Shown: positions 1-13,570 of the stretch, piece by piece
Numbering within the stretch: the stretch's first letter is position 1
Layout of the letters: each line of letters starts with the position of its first letter
Assembly (NCBI RefSeq): GCF_006345805.1
Contig: NC_043002.1
Location: forward strand, 37,820,001 to 37,884,000
Direction: 5' to 3'
DNA from: Octopus sinensis
Lineage: Eukaryota
DNA: 64,000 nucleotides
Notes under the pieces: generated by a model
The model's database searches: none
Told to the model about the DNA's origin: nothing
The model's input: only the letters and a program-made list of their open reading frames with translations
Made by a program: the position numbers and the translations under genes

Positions 1-479
1 CAAGTATGATTGACCTGAATTAATCTGGTCGATCACACCTACAACAGCCGTCTTAAGATATAAAATTGCAATCCAACACAACAATCGTCTTAAGATACAT
101 AGTTGCAATCCAATTCATTAACTCTTTTTGAAACATCATTCAACCAAAAAAAAATGCCTTTCTGCAAGTCAGAAATCTATACTCACTGTGAAAGCTTTTG
201 TGAAAGTATTTATCAGAAGTTACTTTATGACGCTGTGAACATTTAATTTCATGTTTCCTTTCTATATGATAATGTGTTGAATAGTTAAAATTTCTCAACT
301 TAATTTTGAAAATATTTTATTTTACACATAGCGAATATAAAACGATATATTCCAGTGCGATCGTTTAGGTCAGGTTATGAGTTGAAGGATATTTGGTTGA
401 TATTTCTAACAGACCGTGTAATCGGATACATACCTCGTTTTCGGATTCATAACTTTTGATGTAGATTACTTAAGAGATT

Positions 480-993
480 GGAGGCGCAATGGCCCAGTGG
501 TTAGGGCAGAGGACTCGCGGTCGTAGGATCGCGGTTTCTATTCCCAGACCGGTCATTGTGAATGTTTATTGAGCAAAAATACACAAAGCTTCACGAGGCT
601 CCGACAGGAGGTGGTGTTGAACCCTGCTGTACTCTTTCACCACAACTTTCTCTAACTCTTTCTTTCTTTTTCTGTTGTACTTGTATTTCAAAGGGGCCAG
701 CTTTGTCGCACTCTGTGTCACGCTGAATCTCCCCGAGAACTACGTTAAGTGTACACGTGTCTGTGAAATTCTCGGCCACTTGCACGTTAATAAATGAGCT
801 GTGACGTCACTGGTGCCAAGCTGTATTGGCCTTTGCCTTTCCCTTGCATAACATCGGTGGCGTGCAGAGGGGAGGCTGGTATGCATGAGCGACTGCTGGT
901 CTTCCATAAACAACTTTGCCCGGACTTGTGCCACGAAGGGTAACTTTCTAGGTGCAATCCCATGGTCATTCATGACCGAAGGGGGTCACAACA
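480..993 (+). mobile_element. tRNA-derived SINE (family C), apparently full length
   Basis: Head GGAGGCGCAATGGCCCAGTGGTTAGGG..GGTTTCTATTCC has Pol III A/B-box-like motifs. Central module (tacttgtatttcaaagg..gagaactacgttaa..cacttgcacgttaat) is shared with the 45750-45952 copy. Flanked by a near-perfect 12-bp TSD (acttaagagatt 468-479 / acttaaaagatt 994-1005). Confidence 0.85.
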
Positions 994-2280
994 ACTTAAA
1001 AGATTATATATGAGCTGAATCGATACACATTATGTTACGACGATTGATATGTACACTTCTTTGGGGAGATTGCGTTTTTTCCGTATTAAAGACTAACAAT
1101 ATAGCGAACTGTTGGTCACGACTGAATGACAGGGTAAATGCATTAAAGTATTTAGTCTCATTATTCTTAACAAAAACTTATTGAGAACTCAACCTGCAAT
1201 TTAATCATCTTGGACCTATAGAGTTACCAACTAGCATGCACTAGTAACTATTCAATCACGTATCCCTAACAAATTTATTTAATTCTGCAAATAGATTTGC
1301 TATTAATATAGGGTTTTAAACGATTCCTTTTATCACAGTAAGAGATAAATATTTAGATATCCCATGGATGTTTTTGCTTAGTTAGTGTAAGGTAGTTCTG
1401 ATGGAGCATACAAACATATGGATGATCACAGCATTTCAAACTTGATCATCCACATTATATATATATATATATATATCTATGACAATAACCAATGCTCGTT
1501 TGCAAGATGATATAGTGTGATTTGGGGATATTTAGTAGCTATCTCTACAGTCAAACAATATCAGAGAGTCTCCATCGACCATAGTAAGTTTTGCCAGTTT
1601 TTATAGTTATTTTTACAACATATTTGTACATATCTATAATAATGCTCTAAATTATTGTTACTAACTACAAATCCTGTAAAATACTTACTCAGCATTTTAG
1701 ATAATAAACTACCATGCTTCCAAGTCTAGTTCTTTTCACCTAGTGTGTGGTTTACCGTTTGTATAAATAATATGCTGCAACGCTGTTATTTTCTATGACT
1801 ATGTCCTGTTTATTTTCTTAGTAACAATTTGTATATACGACAGCTAGCAGGCATTAATCTCACTGATAACAGAAATTATTACATGACCATAATTGGATGC
1901 AGTTACTACATTCGAAACATTGGACGTTCGCTAGCTCATAGAAATTCTTTTATGAATCTTCCTATCGTTTTTATCTTCCCAGTTGTAATTTGACTTTTAT
2001 GATTTATTCAAGCATTTCGCTTCAAATAAAGTGCTTCGACCTGCTAAAAATACGAGTCAAGTCGCCATCATAACAGCCCGTAGAAATTGCTTTAAAAAGA
2101 GGGGGCATGCGAGCGCTCGACCTGTATAGAAACTAACAACATCAGTTTCATAACTGTCTTAAGATAAGGAGACGAGTAAATCCACAAAAATGTAGGTCTG
2201 AATACAGTAATGCTTCAGGGAGAATAAATATTCATATTTCAAACAACTTTCATGATAGGTTTGCTCCATTAGGGCAGACT

Positions 2281-2318
<38 letters not shown>

Positions 2319-2506
2319 CGTCATCGTCATCGTCAACATCATCGTCATCGTCAACATCATTGTCATTATCATCGTCATCGTCATCGTCATCATCATCATT
2401 ATCATCATCAACATCATCATCATCGTCAACATCATCGTCATCGTCAACATCGTCATCGTCATCGTCATCATCATCGTCATCATCATCATCATCATCATCA
2501 TCATCA
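2281..2506. repeat. compound (ATC)n/(GTC)n trinucleotide microsatellite
   Basis: Directly visible; it explains the poly-M, poly-D and poly-S ORFs. Confidence 0.95.
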
Positions 2507-3070
2507 ATTACAACAAGATATGAATACCTCCAACAAAAGAAGATGTACTTTATGGACATTTTCCATAAACATTTATTTCTCCTATAAGAATTTATTTTCT
2601 TCAAAATGTTTCAAATCTTACGTCAGATTGAGTTATTCTTGTCTGCGGTTTTAGTTCTCAACTATCAACAATATCTGTTTTGACTTTTAGCCATTATGTT
2701 TCCCGTGTATTATTTTCGTTGGCTTGTAAATTATTTGAAATGCAAATTTCATACTGAAATCATCTTATCTATTTATGTTTGTTTATGAAATTTTGATGGT
2801 GACTATCTTATACGTATTTTGTTATCTTGTAATTCTGAAAGACCAGATACTGTTGTATGTTATACATATTGTTTTCTCTTCCAGTTGGAAGATTATTTTT
2901 AGCTAATAACGAAAATACTAAAATAAAATCCTGTCAGACTCACCAAAATGGGGCTTGGCTGACAGGACAAAATGGTGCTCACTGCCGTTCTCGTGTCAAT
3001 GGAGCTTTTATGCGATGTAGGGTACACAGGTTGCGTTTATCTTTTAATGCTGTTTCAATTTATTAACCGC

Positions 3071-3122
<52 letters not shown>

Positions 3123-3124
<2 letters not shown>

Positions 3125-3322
3125 ATACATATACCGGAGTAAGCGCATAAATGTGAAACAAGATGGAAAAAAGAGTACTCAAATACCAGATGTAGAATAA
3201 TATGCTTTATTCAAAAGCAGCAGAAATATAACAAAGACTGATACTCAGAGTTTCACGTTCTCGAACGGGAACGTGAGACTCTGAGTAACAGCTTTGTTAT
3301 ATTTCTGCTGCTTTTAAATAAA

Positions 3323-3327
<5 letters not shown>
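3123..3327. mobile_element. inverted (fold-back) pair of Penelope-type terminal repeats between (TA)n arrays
   Basis: About 60-bp near-perfect inverted repeat 3200-3260 / 3269-3327 with an 8-nt loop. Each arm has AATAAA in its outward reading. (TA)n lies on both sides. Penelope assignment is inference from the architecture. Confidence 0.6.
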
Positions 3328-3361
<34 letters not shown>

Positions 3362-3374
3362 CATACACACAAGT

Positions 3375-3632
3375 GCAGGAGTGGCTGTGTCGTAAGTAGC
3401 TTGCTTACCAACCACATATTTCTTTTATTCTCCTTTTACTTGTTTCAGTCATTTGACCGCAGCCATGCTGGAGCAACGCCATTATTCGAGAAAATAGACC
3501 CCCAAGACTAATTCTTTGTAAGCCTAGCAGTTATTCTATCGGTGTCTTGTGCCGAACCGCGAGATTACAGCTACGTAAACACGCCAACATCGGATGTCAA
3601 GTGATGGAGGGGAGATAAACACAGACACACAC
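3375..3632. mobile_element. SINE family A: + strand head (3375-3416) fused to - strand 3' half (3418-3632)
   Basis: Head GCAGGAGTGGCTGTGTCGTAAGTAGCTTGCTTACCAACCACAT matches 28901-28945. The rest is the reverse complement of the 29090-29295 tail. Confidence 0.8.
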
Positions 3633-3642
3633 ACACACATAT

Positions 3643-3688
<46 letters not shown>

Positions 3689-4716
3689 CAGGCAGATACA
3701 CATACGCGTGTGTATGTGTGTGTGTGTATAGTATTAATTAATAGTAGGAGATGGATTTTGTATTAGAATTTTATGAGGGACGACATAAGTTTCGACCCAT
3801 CAGTCTGGGTCCCTTCAGGTACATTGATAAAGATGTCTTAGTAGAGATATTTCGTGTCGCCTGGATTGTTGTTATATGCCTATCAAGTTAAGCAATGAAT
3901 AAAAGAAAACAATATTATAGAAGCGCAAAAAAATCAAATAATGTGGAAATCTTGCGTACCAGTTTAGATAAATGACCTAATCGCCTTTCGCTGTCATAAC
4001 TGCTTTGAGAAAAAAAAGTAGGAGAAAGGAAAATTAATACTTTGATAAGTAGCTTCATAGTCATGCACACACACACACACACACCACACACACACACACA
4101 CATAAATACATATACATGCAGAATATGTATACATATATACATACACTTAGATACACAGACATTCTTATATGGATATAAACATACATACAAACACATATGT
4201 AGGTACACAAGTGCATATACACATATATACACATACGCACACATATATAAAGATGCATATAGATTCGTGCATAAACCCAGATACACACACATACGCACAA
4301 GGACACGCACAAACATTCACACTTACATAGTTTTAATATAGTTTTTAATATATCGACCGTTTTCGCTGTCGCTATTCATGATATTATGTTTTACTTATTT
4401 GAATATATATATTTTTTGCCTTAAGAACAAAATTTGTCCATGTTGTCTCTGATGAAATTCACGAGAGAATGACTTGACAAGTAGATAAATAAAGGGAGGT
4501 AATTGGTTGTCGCTATTATTGTTATTGTTGTGGGTAGGGGAGATAACTGTTCAGCTTTCAGTAATGGGTGGGGATTATATATGTGTACAGACAGAGACAA
4601 GTTCCAAAAAAGCAGAATATTTGCTCTAACCCACTTTTTATTCTAAGACAAATCAATGTACATGATAACACTTGCAATCAGTTATGGTCGGAAGTCATAA
4701 GAGCCAGTGCATCAGG

Positions 4717-4717
<1 letters not shown>

Positions 4718-4748
<31 letters not shown>

Positions 4749-4805
4749 CGCTGTTGCTGTTACCACCACCACCACCATCACCACCACCACTACTACTACT
4801 ACTAC

Positions 4806-4874
<69 letters not shown>

Positions 4875-4875
4875 T
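4718..4875. repeat. compound (CTA)n(CCA)n(ATT)n microsatellite
   Basis: Directly visible. Confidence 0.95.
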
Positions 4876-5880
4876 TTATCATCATGATGGTGGCTGATTG
4901 GCAGATCATCCAAAGAAAAAAGAGCAGAAAAGAGAAAATGCTTTGCTGTATTCCCACCAGCTCTTTCATGTTATGAGTACAACTTCTATCAAGGTAAAAT
5001 TTGCTTTCATCCCAACGGAGTCAATAAATTATATTACCTGCAACATACTGGAATCTATGGTAACAACTAACTCCAGACTCTTAAAATTACTGGCTTTGTG
5101 CCGTCATGATCATCATGATGATGATCATTAACATCATTACCATCATTATTAAAATCATCTTCGTCGTCGTCGTCATCGTAATCGTCATATTCCTCCCCCT
5201 CATCATCATCATAATCTTCATCATCATCATCACAATGGAGAGCACATTCTTACCTCGTATTATTACAATATCTGATCACCTCTGATCACCGAAATGGTGA
5301 GTAATGTAATCTCGTTCTTCCTTTTTTTTTTTTTTGATTTTTTTGATTTTGCACGGCAGTTAATTCTTGACCCATGCAAAAACCTAGTAGATCTCCGAAA
5401 GAATGGCAGCAGATATATCTAGAATCTAGACTCCGTCTCTAGAAATCTATAAACCATATCTATCTGAGCAGGTACGGAAATATATTTAACGAGAAACAAG
5501 AGAGCAGTAACGACAAGCCGTCATCTAGCAGATTGCCTTCTTGTTATTATAAATACATGTGCAAGTTTGTGAGTGAGAATTCGTTTGTAGTTTTGCCCGA
5601 TTTGGCTTAATGTGTGGTTTTGTTGGATGAATATTTATTGTCTGGTATGACGCGTTTGCTGAATTCACTTCCTTCGGAGAGATTCAGACTTTATTATGGA
5701 GTGTTACTGTCTGCAACACAGGCTGTTTTCTATATTTCACCGACCATCGAAGAAAAGAGCGGAAATAATAATTATCATTTCTGCCGGAAATTAATGATTT
5801 GCTATTCACTGTGGCTATCATTCTCTCTCTAACTCCCCCTTTTCCTCTCTCACTCTGCCTCACTCTCATTCTCTATCTTT

Positions 5881-5916
<36 letters not shown>

Positions 5917-5925
5917 TTATCTATG

Positions 5926-5957
<32 letters not shown>

Positions 5958-6086
5958 ATGCACACACAATTGCTTAGTCTTACATATAAATGCATGCATT
6001 GTGTGTGCATGTGTTATACACGCACGTACACGCACAGACACACACATATATATATATATAGATAGATAGATATATAAGCATGTATA

Positions 6087-6122
<36 letters not shown>

Positions 6123-7039
6123 CACACACAGACACATAAATATATATGTATGTAACTTCATACACCGATGCAAGTATATGTTTATCTATTTACACACACA
6201 TACACACACGTATACATATACTTATTATATAAGGCATAAATATATGACACATGTTTACACATATCCAAAGCAAATATGCGGTGAGCTATTAACGATTATA
6301 AGCATATGCACATTTCTTTATCAGCTACACGTGCACGCAGAAACACACACGCACACACGCGCACACGCGCACACTCATACATATGCACACACGAACATAC
6401 CCATATACGTCCACATATACATGCAGAGACATACGCACACACACACATTGCATTATGTATTATTTGTTCTATTTTATTCTATTAATAATTGTTTATCAAC
6501 TTTATAAAATGGATTACAATTGATACGTCTTCCATTATAGATTTTAGTTCCATTTAGTACACTTGTATAGCATTTATTCTGGCATGTTTAGTTAATTTTA
6601 ACATTCGTTATTTGTTTTCTGTATTTAATCGTATATATTCATCAACATATATGTTTTGCAGTTAAATATTTATTATTTCTTACGTACGTTCTTGTATGCG
6701 TGAACACAATCATGAAAATATAACATATCAATAGAGAAATACACAAACACTATAACAAATGCACTTATAGCTTCCTATATACAGACATATAACAACACAT
6801 TTCAAGACATGGACGGTGTTACACACACGCGCATACACCCATAAATATTTCTTAAACCGTGACAATGGATTCCGCAGACGTCTATGAAATATCTCACGAA
6901 TGTCTTAAAGCAATATGTATGAATATAATGCTCTGTAGATTGACAGAAATAAAGCAATTCAGTGTCTCTCGCTTTATCTCTGTATGCGAATACATACATC
7001 CATACATACATACATACGCACACACATACATACATATAT

Positions 7040-7076
<37 letters not shown>

Positions 7077-7109
7077 TATATATATATATATATATATATA
7101 GTATAAATC

Positions 7110-7285
7110 AAGCTCTGAGCTGGCAGAGTCGTTACTGTGCTGCACAAAATGCTTAGAGGCATTTCTTCCGGCTTTCGCCTGGGTCAAGTGCCTCATCCCT
7201 TTCGGGGTCGCTGACCTAAGTACTAGTTAAGCACTGGTAATCGACTAGCTCCTTTCCCTCAAATTCTGGGCCTTGTGCATATAGT
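7110..7285 (+). mobile_element. degenerate SINE family B copy
   Basis: gagctggcagagtcgtta..aaaatgcttag..catccctttcggggtcg..gggccttgtgc matches the reverse complement of 13350-13570. Confidence 0.75.
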
Positions 7286-7286
7286 A

Positions 7287-7336
<50 letters not shown>

Positions 7337-7369
7337 ATGTGTGTGTGTGTGTGTGTACACGTGTGTATG

Positions 7370-7407
<38 letters not shown>

Positions 7408-8189
7408 TAATCCAAACAAGAAAAGACAAAAAAACAAAAAAATACAACAACGCGAGGACGTGGAACAAATAAAGTATTATTGGACGCTCGGGAAAGAAGG
7501 GAATGTATATATATTATATATATATATATGTATATACAAATATATACAACGATGGTGCTACAGCATGGCCACAGCTTTAAAGCTGAAACAACTTAAAGAT
7601 TTAAAGATTTATAAGTGCATATATATGTATGTATATATATATATATGAAATTTATTAAATACAGTAATATTATAGACCCATTACTGCCACACGCAATTTT
7701 ATTGTTGACGAACTCACACATTCACACTTTCCTCCCATTCTCGCACCTGCATGGGCCCAGTTTCACCCACACTCCATCCACAGCCTAACTTTACAAACAT
7801 TTGCTTCACAAAAGTCGATGACACTTTGTGATAGGATCCCTATGTAAAAGAAATAATTTAAACGAACAATATTTACTCTGTGTTTTGTCTCAAGCTATAT
7901 TCGCTGTATGTTTTACGAGAACCACAATCCGGATTTTTCCTTTTTGTAAGCTCCAGTAGCAACGAGCACATGCCATACATATCGTATTAGCCCTTCTAAT
8001 GAGCGGCAATACTGCTTTTCCCAAACATTCGTATATAAAACTGGGTGTCAAAATCGGTTGAAATGTGACTTTAATACTGTGTAGTATAAACATTGATTAC
8101 AGCAACTCTAATATCAAATGCAAGATGAACTATCTTTTCTGGCTCATGGAGTTTTAGACAATTATCAAACAGTTAATCAATAGTTATTA

Positions 8190-10310
8190 TTCAAAATTCA
8201 AAGAAATATGAATATTAGGAAAGAGGTTAAAGCCAGACATTGGCAGACATAATTTAATAAGGCTTTCCATTCATTTCCATCTTCAGCTGCTGGGAGTATT
8301 TCATTGAGCGACATCCCGCTGTCTGCACGAATCATAAGGTGATAAGTCGTTCTTGGTAGTTTCCTTTCGCGCTTTCCTCTTTGTAGAGTGTTAGGCAGCT
8401 GGTACTCTTGATAACATTCATTGAGTGGGTGTTGCAGATAAGTGACCAATCCATCTCAGTCGGCGTTCCTTTATCCTTGTGTTCATTTGTTTTTCGTCTA
8501 CCATTTGGGACAATGCATCTTTGCAACTGTGGTCGTTATATGATATCTGATATATTTTCCTTGGGTTTCTTGCGTGTAAAGTGTTCACCATAGCCTTTTG
8601 CCGATTCGTATTTATTATCCATGTCTCGTATCTATATGTAAAAATCGGAAGACATAGAGTCTTGTACATTTTTAACTTCATTGTTGGGTTGATATCAGAC
8701 GACCAGATGTGTCGAAGCTGCGACATTACTCCACATACCGCTCCCACCGCTTCCCTTCTATTTATGATGTCATTGTTTGATCAGTTACAGTCGATCCAAG
8801 GTAAGTGAATTTATCAGCTCTGGATAGTTGCTTTCCATTTGCTAGGACACCTGTTGTTTCATCTCTTTATATTAATGGTGATGTACTCTGTCTTCGATTC
8901 GTTTATTTCTAGTCCCAGAGTCTTTGCTTCTCGCATAACACGATCGAAGTAGTCCTGTGCTTCTATAGGGCTAGCAGAAAAGAGAACAATATCATCTGCA
9001 AATACGAAAGAGGCCAGCTTATGTGACTCTGATATGCGAATTCCATCCTCCGTATGGTTGCAGCTTTAATTACATGATTCATATCCACCAAAAATAGATA
9101 AGCTGCTAAGGGACCACCTTATAGAAATCCTCTTTGAGGTGTGAAACCAGGGGTCTGTTTACCATTAACAAAGACATATGTTGTTTGATGTTCATAAAGA
9201 CATCTACAAGCCAGTGTTATCTTTGGTGTTTTCCCCGTCTTTTCAAGAACCGTAAACATAGCGGTTCTGTTTACGCTATCGAATGCTTTTCGAAAGTGAA
9301 TGAACAACGCAACTATAGGGAGACACCACTAAAAACAGGTTTCCAGTATCTTCTTCAAAGTGTGGATTTGTTCAATGCAACTACGGTTCTTTCTAAAGCC
9401 ATTTTGAGAGACACATATCTTTATCTATGTTTGCATTCACTTACATTGATAATATATTTGCAAAATATTTGTTCCATTCTTCAAGTTTACCCTTCTCACA
9501 ATTGAAGGAATTTCTATGCTCAACACAAACCTGTGGAATATCTTGCTGTCAGTTTTCTTTCTTCAACATTTTCACCACTCTATAAGCCGCTTTTTATTGG
9601 CGGGCCATGTTAAAGAATTCAATTTTCTTGCACATGCTTAGTAGGAATCGTTCTCCGTTCTGCTTGTAAAATTCGTTGACTATATGATCAGCATTCATGA
9701 CGTCTCTAGGAGATTCATTCTGGTTGACGTATTTCATCTTTAAATTATTGCGATTGCCTATCAGCTTCAATATGCCTTCTGAAAGCCATGGTGAATTATT
9801 TAGTGTTAAGATTACATTTGCCAATTGTTTCCTCTCAGGCTTTTGTGATGGCTGATGTTAAAGTATTGTTCATTTTGTCGGTGCTTCTGTCATTATTGTT
9901 ATTGAGATTCTCAGTGAGAGCAGCATTTAGTTTGGTTTGGAAATTGTTCTTTTCTCGTTGTCATTTGGCAGTATCATCTAGTTAAATGCCTAATGCTTCT
10001 GGAATTTTCGTGCTTGCCTACTAAAGTTCAACCGGAAGTGACAAGAACCAATTCCATGATCAGAATGTAGCTCCAGTTTTGAGTAGGTGCGACAGTTATT
10101 GAATGAGCTCATCAAATTTGCTGTCACAATAATATGGTCCAACACATTCTGTAATTTAGTCACAGAATCGCTCTTTATCTTCATCTTCATCACAAACGCC
10201 AAAGGCATTAGAATATTATATATTGTGTTATATATGTATATTTTAACTCCTTCGGGTTTCACCATGTCAAAATTTGGGTCACATGAACTCGAAGCTCCTA
10301 AGTTCTAATG
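8190..10310 (-). mobile_element. degenerate RTE-clade LINE (AP endonuclease C-terminus + reverse transcriptase), frameshifted
   Basis: Minus-strand peptides: LDHIIV..NCRTY..SDH (APE end), FIHFRKAFDSVNR, FVFADDIVL..GLEINESKTEY, KLKMYKTLCLPIFTYRYETW, IKERRLRWIGHL. Many stops and frameshifts. Confidence 0.9.
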
Positions 10311-10591
10311 ACATCATATATGGACGTTTGTATGTATTGTGTATGTATGAATGTATATATATATAGGTAATAGATATATACATGTACATGTATCTATATT
10401 CATCTCTCTAAATATATGTATATTCTATGATTAAATGTTCGAATTATGAAATGCTATGCGGATGACCTTGCATTTGTTTGTTCAATAACTTTAGTTTGAT
10501 ACTTTTGTCTTTTTTAATAGAGCACTTCTATAGCAGTCCTGTTAATCTGTTTGTTTCTGACAAGAAACAATCACTGTATTACTGATATTGA

Positions 10592-10648
<57 letters not shown>

Positions 10649-11154
10649 TACACAGGTACGTATATTTGTAAATACATGCGCACGCGCAAACACAGGCGCA
10701 CAAACACACACACATATGTGCATATATGTGTGTGTGTATCTACATGTTAGGAACAAGTACATTTTTTCGGAATTTGGCTGTACATTAATTGCACCACAAG
10801 AACGTTTTCACCAGAGGATAAACATAAATATATTTGATTTAAGCAGCATTATATACACCCACGAAACGAGGTACATAAAGCACAGGCTGTAGAGGTTAAG
10901 TTAAAATGTCAACGAAACGAAATAACCTCACCACTTGCGTAGGCAATTTATAATAAACCGTATCAAGAAGATTCATCTTAATCTGTGCTTGACACTATAA
11001 AATATATCAAAATGCCGGAAAATTTATATTTTAAAGTATTTTACCAATGTGTTCAATAAGTGAATAACTTACAAAAATCTAAAATATACATTGATATAAT
11101 ATGTTTTAGTTTATTTGAATGAGAAACAATTCTAAGAATATACACCGAAATTGT

Positions 11155-11405
11155 GGAGGCGCGTGGCTTAGTGGTTAGGGTGTAAGCATCATGATCGTAA
11201 GATTGTGGTTTCGATTCCTGGACCGGGCGACGCGTTGTTTTCTTGAGCAAAACATTTTATTTCAATTTGCTCCAGTCCACTTAGCTGGCAAAAATGAATA
11301 ACGCTGCGATGGACTAGCGTCCCGTCAAGCTGGGGAACGCATACGCCATTGAAACCGGGGAACAGGGCCCATGAGCCTGGCTAGGCTTTAAATGGGCGCA
11401 AAAGA
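11155..11405 (+). mobile_element. tRNA-derived SINE (family C head, different body)
   Basis: GGAGGCGCGTGGCTTAGTGGTTAGGG..GGTTTCGATTCC gives A/B boxes. The segment ccagtccacttagctggcaaaaatga is shared with the 45750-45952 copy. Confidence 0.85.
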
Positions 11406-11539
11406 AAAACACCGAAATTAATATATACATGAGGAAGGGAAGGAGGATACATTCAAACATATATACATGTATGTAAAAGTTACGTAGACGTAAACACAGC
11501 AACACCGGTGGTGGGGACAGACACATACTCAAAGATATA

Positions 11540-11907
11540 TTTTTTTATGTTTTGCTCGTTTTAGTCATTAGATTGCGTTCATCGCGTTGAAGAATTTCTT
11601 TTAGTCGAATGAATCGGCCCCGGTATTTACTTTTGTTATTAAGCTTGGAACGTTTATCGGTGTCTTTTGGCGAACCGCTATGTCACGGGGACGTGAATAC
11701 CCAGGACCAGTGGTGGGGGACAAACACAGACACGAAGACACAATCACGCACCTACACGCGCGCACACACACGGGCTTCTTTCAATTTCTATCTACCAAAT
11801 CCACTCGCAAGGCTTTGGTCAGAAAACATTTGCACAGGATGTTACAGGATGTGAGACTGAAGCCGGAACCATGTGGTTAGCAAGCAAATTTACTATACAG
11901 CCAGGCC
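11540..11907 (-). mobile_element. SINE family A, near full length
   Basis: Reverse-complement similarity along 28901-29302, including the internal CA/TG tract. Confidence 0.8.
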
Positions 11908-13124
11908 AATTTTTACATATGATGTATTTTTATGTGTGTGTGTGTGTGGAGGGTGTGTCTGTCTGTGTTTGCATTTAGTCACACACATATACATTTATGT
12001 TTATGTAATGTTTATTTATATTTATATACATGCATATTTCTTTCTAACTGGAGATACTTATCTTTGTGACGACATATTTTTTTTACCGCTATTATAATAT
12101 GTACACAAATAGCAGACTAGGAAAAAAACCCAATAAATATTAATAGTACCATAGAATCCTTAATCTTAACCTTCCAAAAAGCAAAAATCCGATTAAGATT
12201 CTTAATAGACATTTACTAACACCAGCATCAATTTAAATTCGATGGATTACATGTTGCGTGATCAACTCATCTATATTCAAACGTACTTTTCATCTTAAAA
12301 CACGAACCCCAAACTTCTTTGTAAAGAAAGTTGTGACCCTGAATCTCAAACACAAGTTTATTCACTTGCATCCATGCTTGAAGGAATCATCTTCAATAAC
12401 AAAATTACCATATCCAACGAAATAAAATCTCTACACATTAACGTTCTATCAACCTACAACATATAAACACATACTGTCCTGCTGTCTTCGGTAATTTAAT
12501 CTCGTCCACAAATACCTCCCATATCTACACTTAATCCTCATTTCACGTTTCCCACCAATAACCCAAATGAACTTTTCTTAGACTATGTGAAACCAAAAAG
12601 AATGCAAGTAAAGCAAATACTGACGGTATGCATGCGTGGACGTTGTGTATCTAGTGCGTGTGTGAGATTTGGAGCGCAAGCTAGTTGAAGGTTGCGATTG
12701 TTAAGTGGTACACATGTCGATCTCTAGAGAGGGCAGAAATATTTATGAACACCCACTTCGTCTGCCTTAAAGCGAATTCTTTGAAGTTGATACTATAAAC
12801 CTGTCAAAGGAAGTGACTACTACTAAATCATTTCAGCTCTCATACATGACGGCGGTTGTTCATACTGCAATTATTATCATTGCTTTTATTTTTTAAAAAG
12901 CATTGTTGTTCTTGTAGCTGTTGGTGTTGTTGTCATCATTGAGTCTATGTCATTCTCTCCTCTCATTTCTGTGTATACGTGCACAGTTTTAAATGTGTAG
13001 GAGTGCGTATCTGTATCTAATTCGCTTTGTAAGAGAGGGCGTAGCCTTCTCTCCTTCCTCTCATCAAACTGTCACCGTACATTCCGTTACACCATTGATG
13101 TTGTAATTTGTACAGCGGGGATAA

Positions 13125-13343
13125 ATATTATTTCACATTTTGGCACAAGACCAGCAATTTTGAGGGAGGGTGTAGGTCGATTAGATCGACCCTAGTGTTC
13201 AGCTGCTCCTCATTTCATCGACCAGCGAAAGGATGAAAGGCAAAGTCAATCTCGGCGTAGTTTGAACTCATAACATGTACATAGACGAAATGCCGCTAAG
13301 CATTTTTGCCCGGCGCGCTAACGGTTCTACCAACTCGCCGCCT
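13125..13343 (-). mobile_element. SINE family B copy (first of a tandem pair)
   Basis: Reverse complement begins GGCGGCGAGTTGGTAGAACCGTTAGCGCGCCGGGC and has a GAGTTCAAAC B-box-like motif. Confidence 0.9.
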
Positions 13344-13349
13344 TTAGAA

Positions 13350-13570
13350 GTGATATTCCTTTCTACTCTAGGCACAAGGCCCAAAACTTTTGGGAAGGGG
13401 ACCAGTCGATTAGATCGACACCAGTACGCAACTGGTACTTAATTTATCGACCCCGAAAGGATGAAAGGCAAAGTCGACCTCGGCGGAATTTGAACTCAGA
13501 ATGTAACGGCAGACGAAATACCGCTAAGTATTTCGCCCGGCGTGATAACGATTCTGCTAGCTCGCCGCCT
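13350..13570 (-). mobile_element. SINE family B copy (second of a tandem pair)
   Basis: Reverse complement begins GGCGGCGAGCTAGCAGAATCGTTATCACGCCGGGCG and has GAGTTCAAATTCC. Imperfect TSD ttagaagtgata / ttaaaggtgata. Confidence 0.9.

Noticed and set aside
480-560. tRNA gene-like sequences at SINE heads (also 11155, 28901)
   Set aside because: No complete cloverleaf or acceptor stem; they continue into multi-copy SINE bodies with tails and TSDs.
2250-2604. Poly-D / poly-S / poly-M ORFs that look like acidic biomineralisation-type proteins
   Set aside because: All frames are just the (ATC/GTC)n microsatellite; no signal peptide, splice context or unique coding flank.
2885-3021. Plus-strand exon candidate GRLFLANNENTKIKSCQTHQNGAWLTGQ..
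   Set aside because: Acceptor is acceptable but the donor is weak, there is a competing minus-strand donor, and no family is recognisable.
3915-7648. Numerous HT/YI/CV-repeat ORFs (also throughout 39-54 kb and 60 kb)
   Set aside because: Translations of (CA)n, (TA)n and (TATG)n microsatellites.
12130-12600. A/C-skewed segment resembling a decayed retroelement ORF
   Set aside because: No diagnostic motif could be read, so it is not supportable as a feature.
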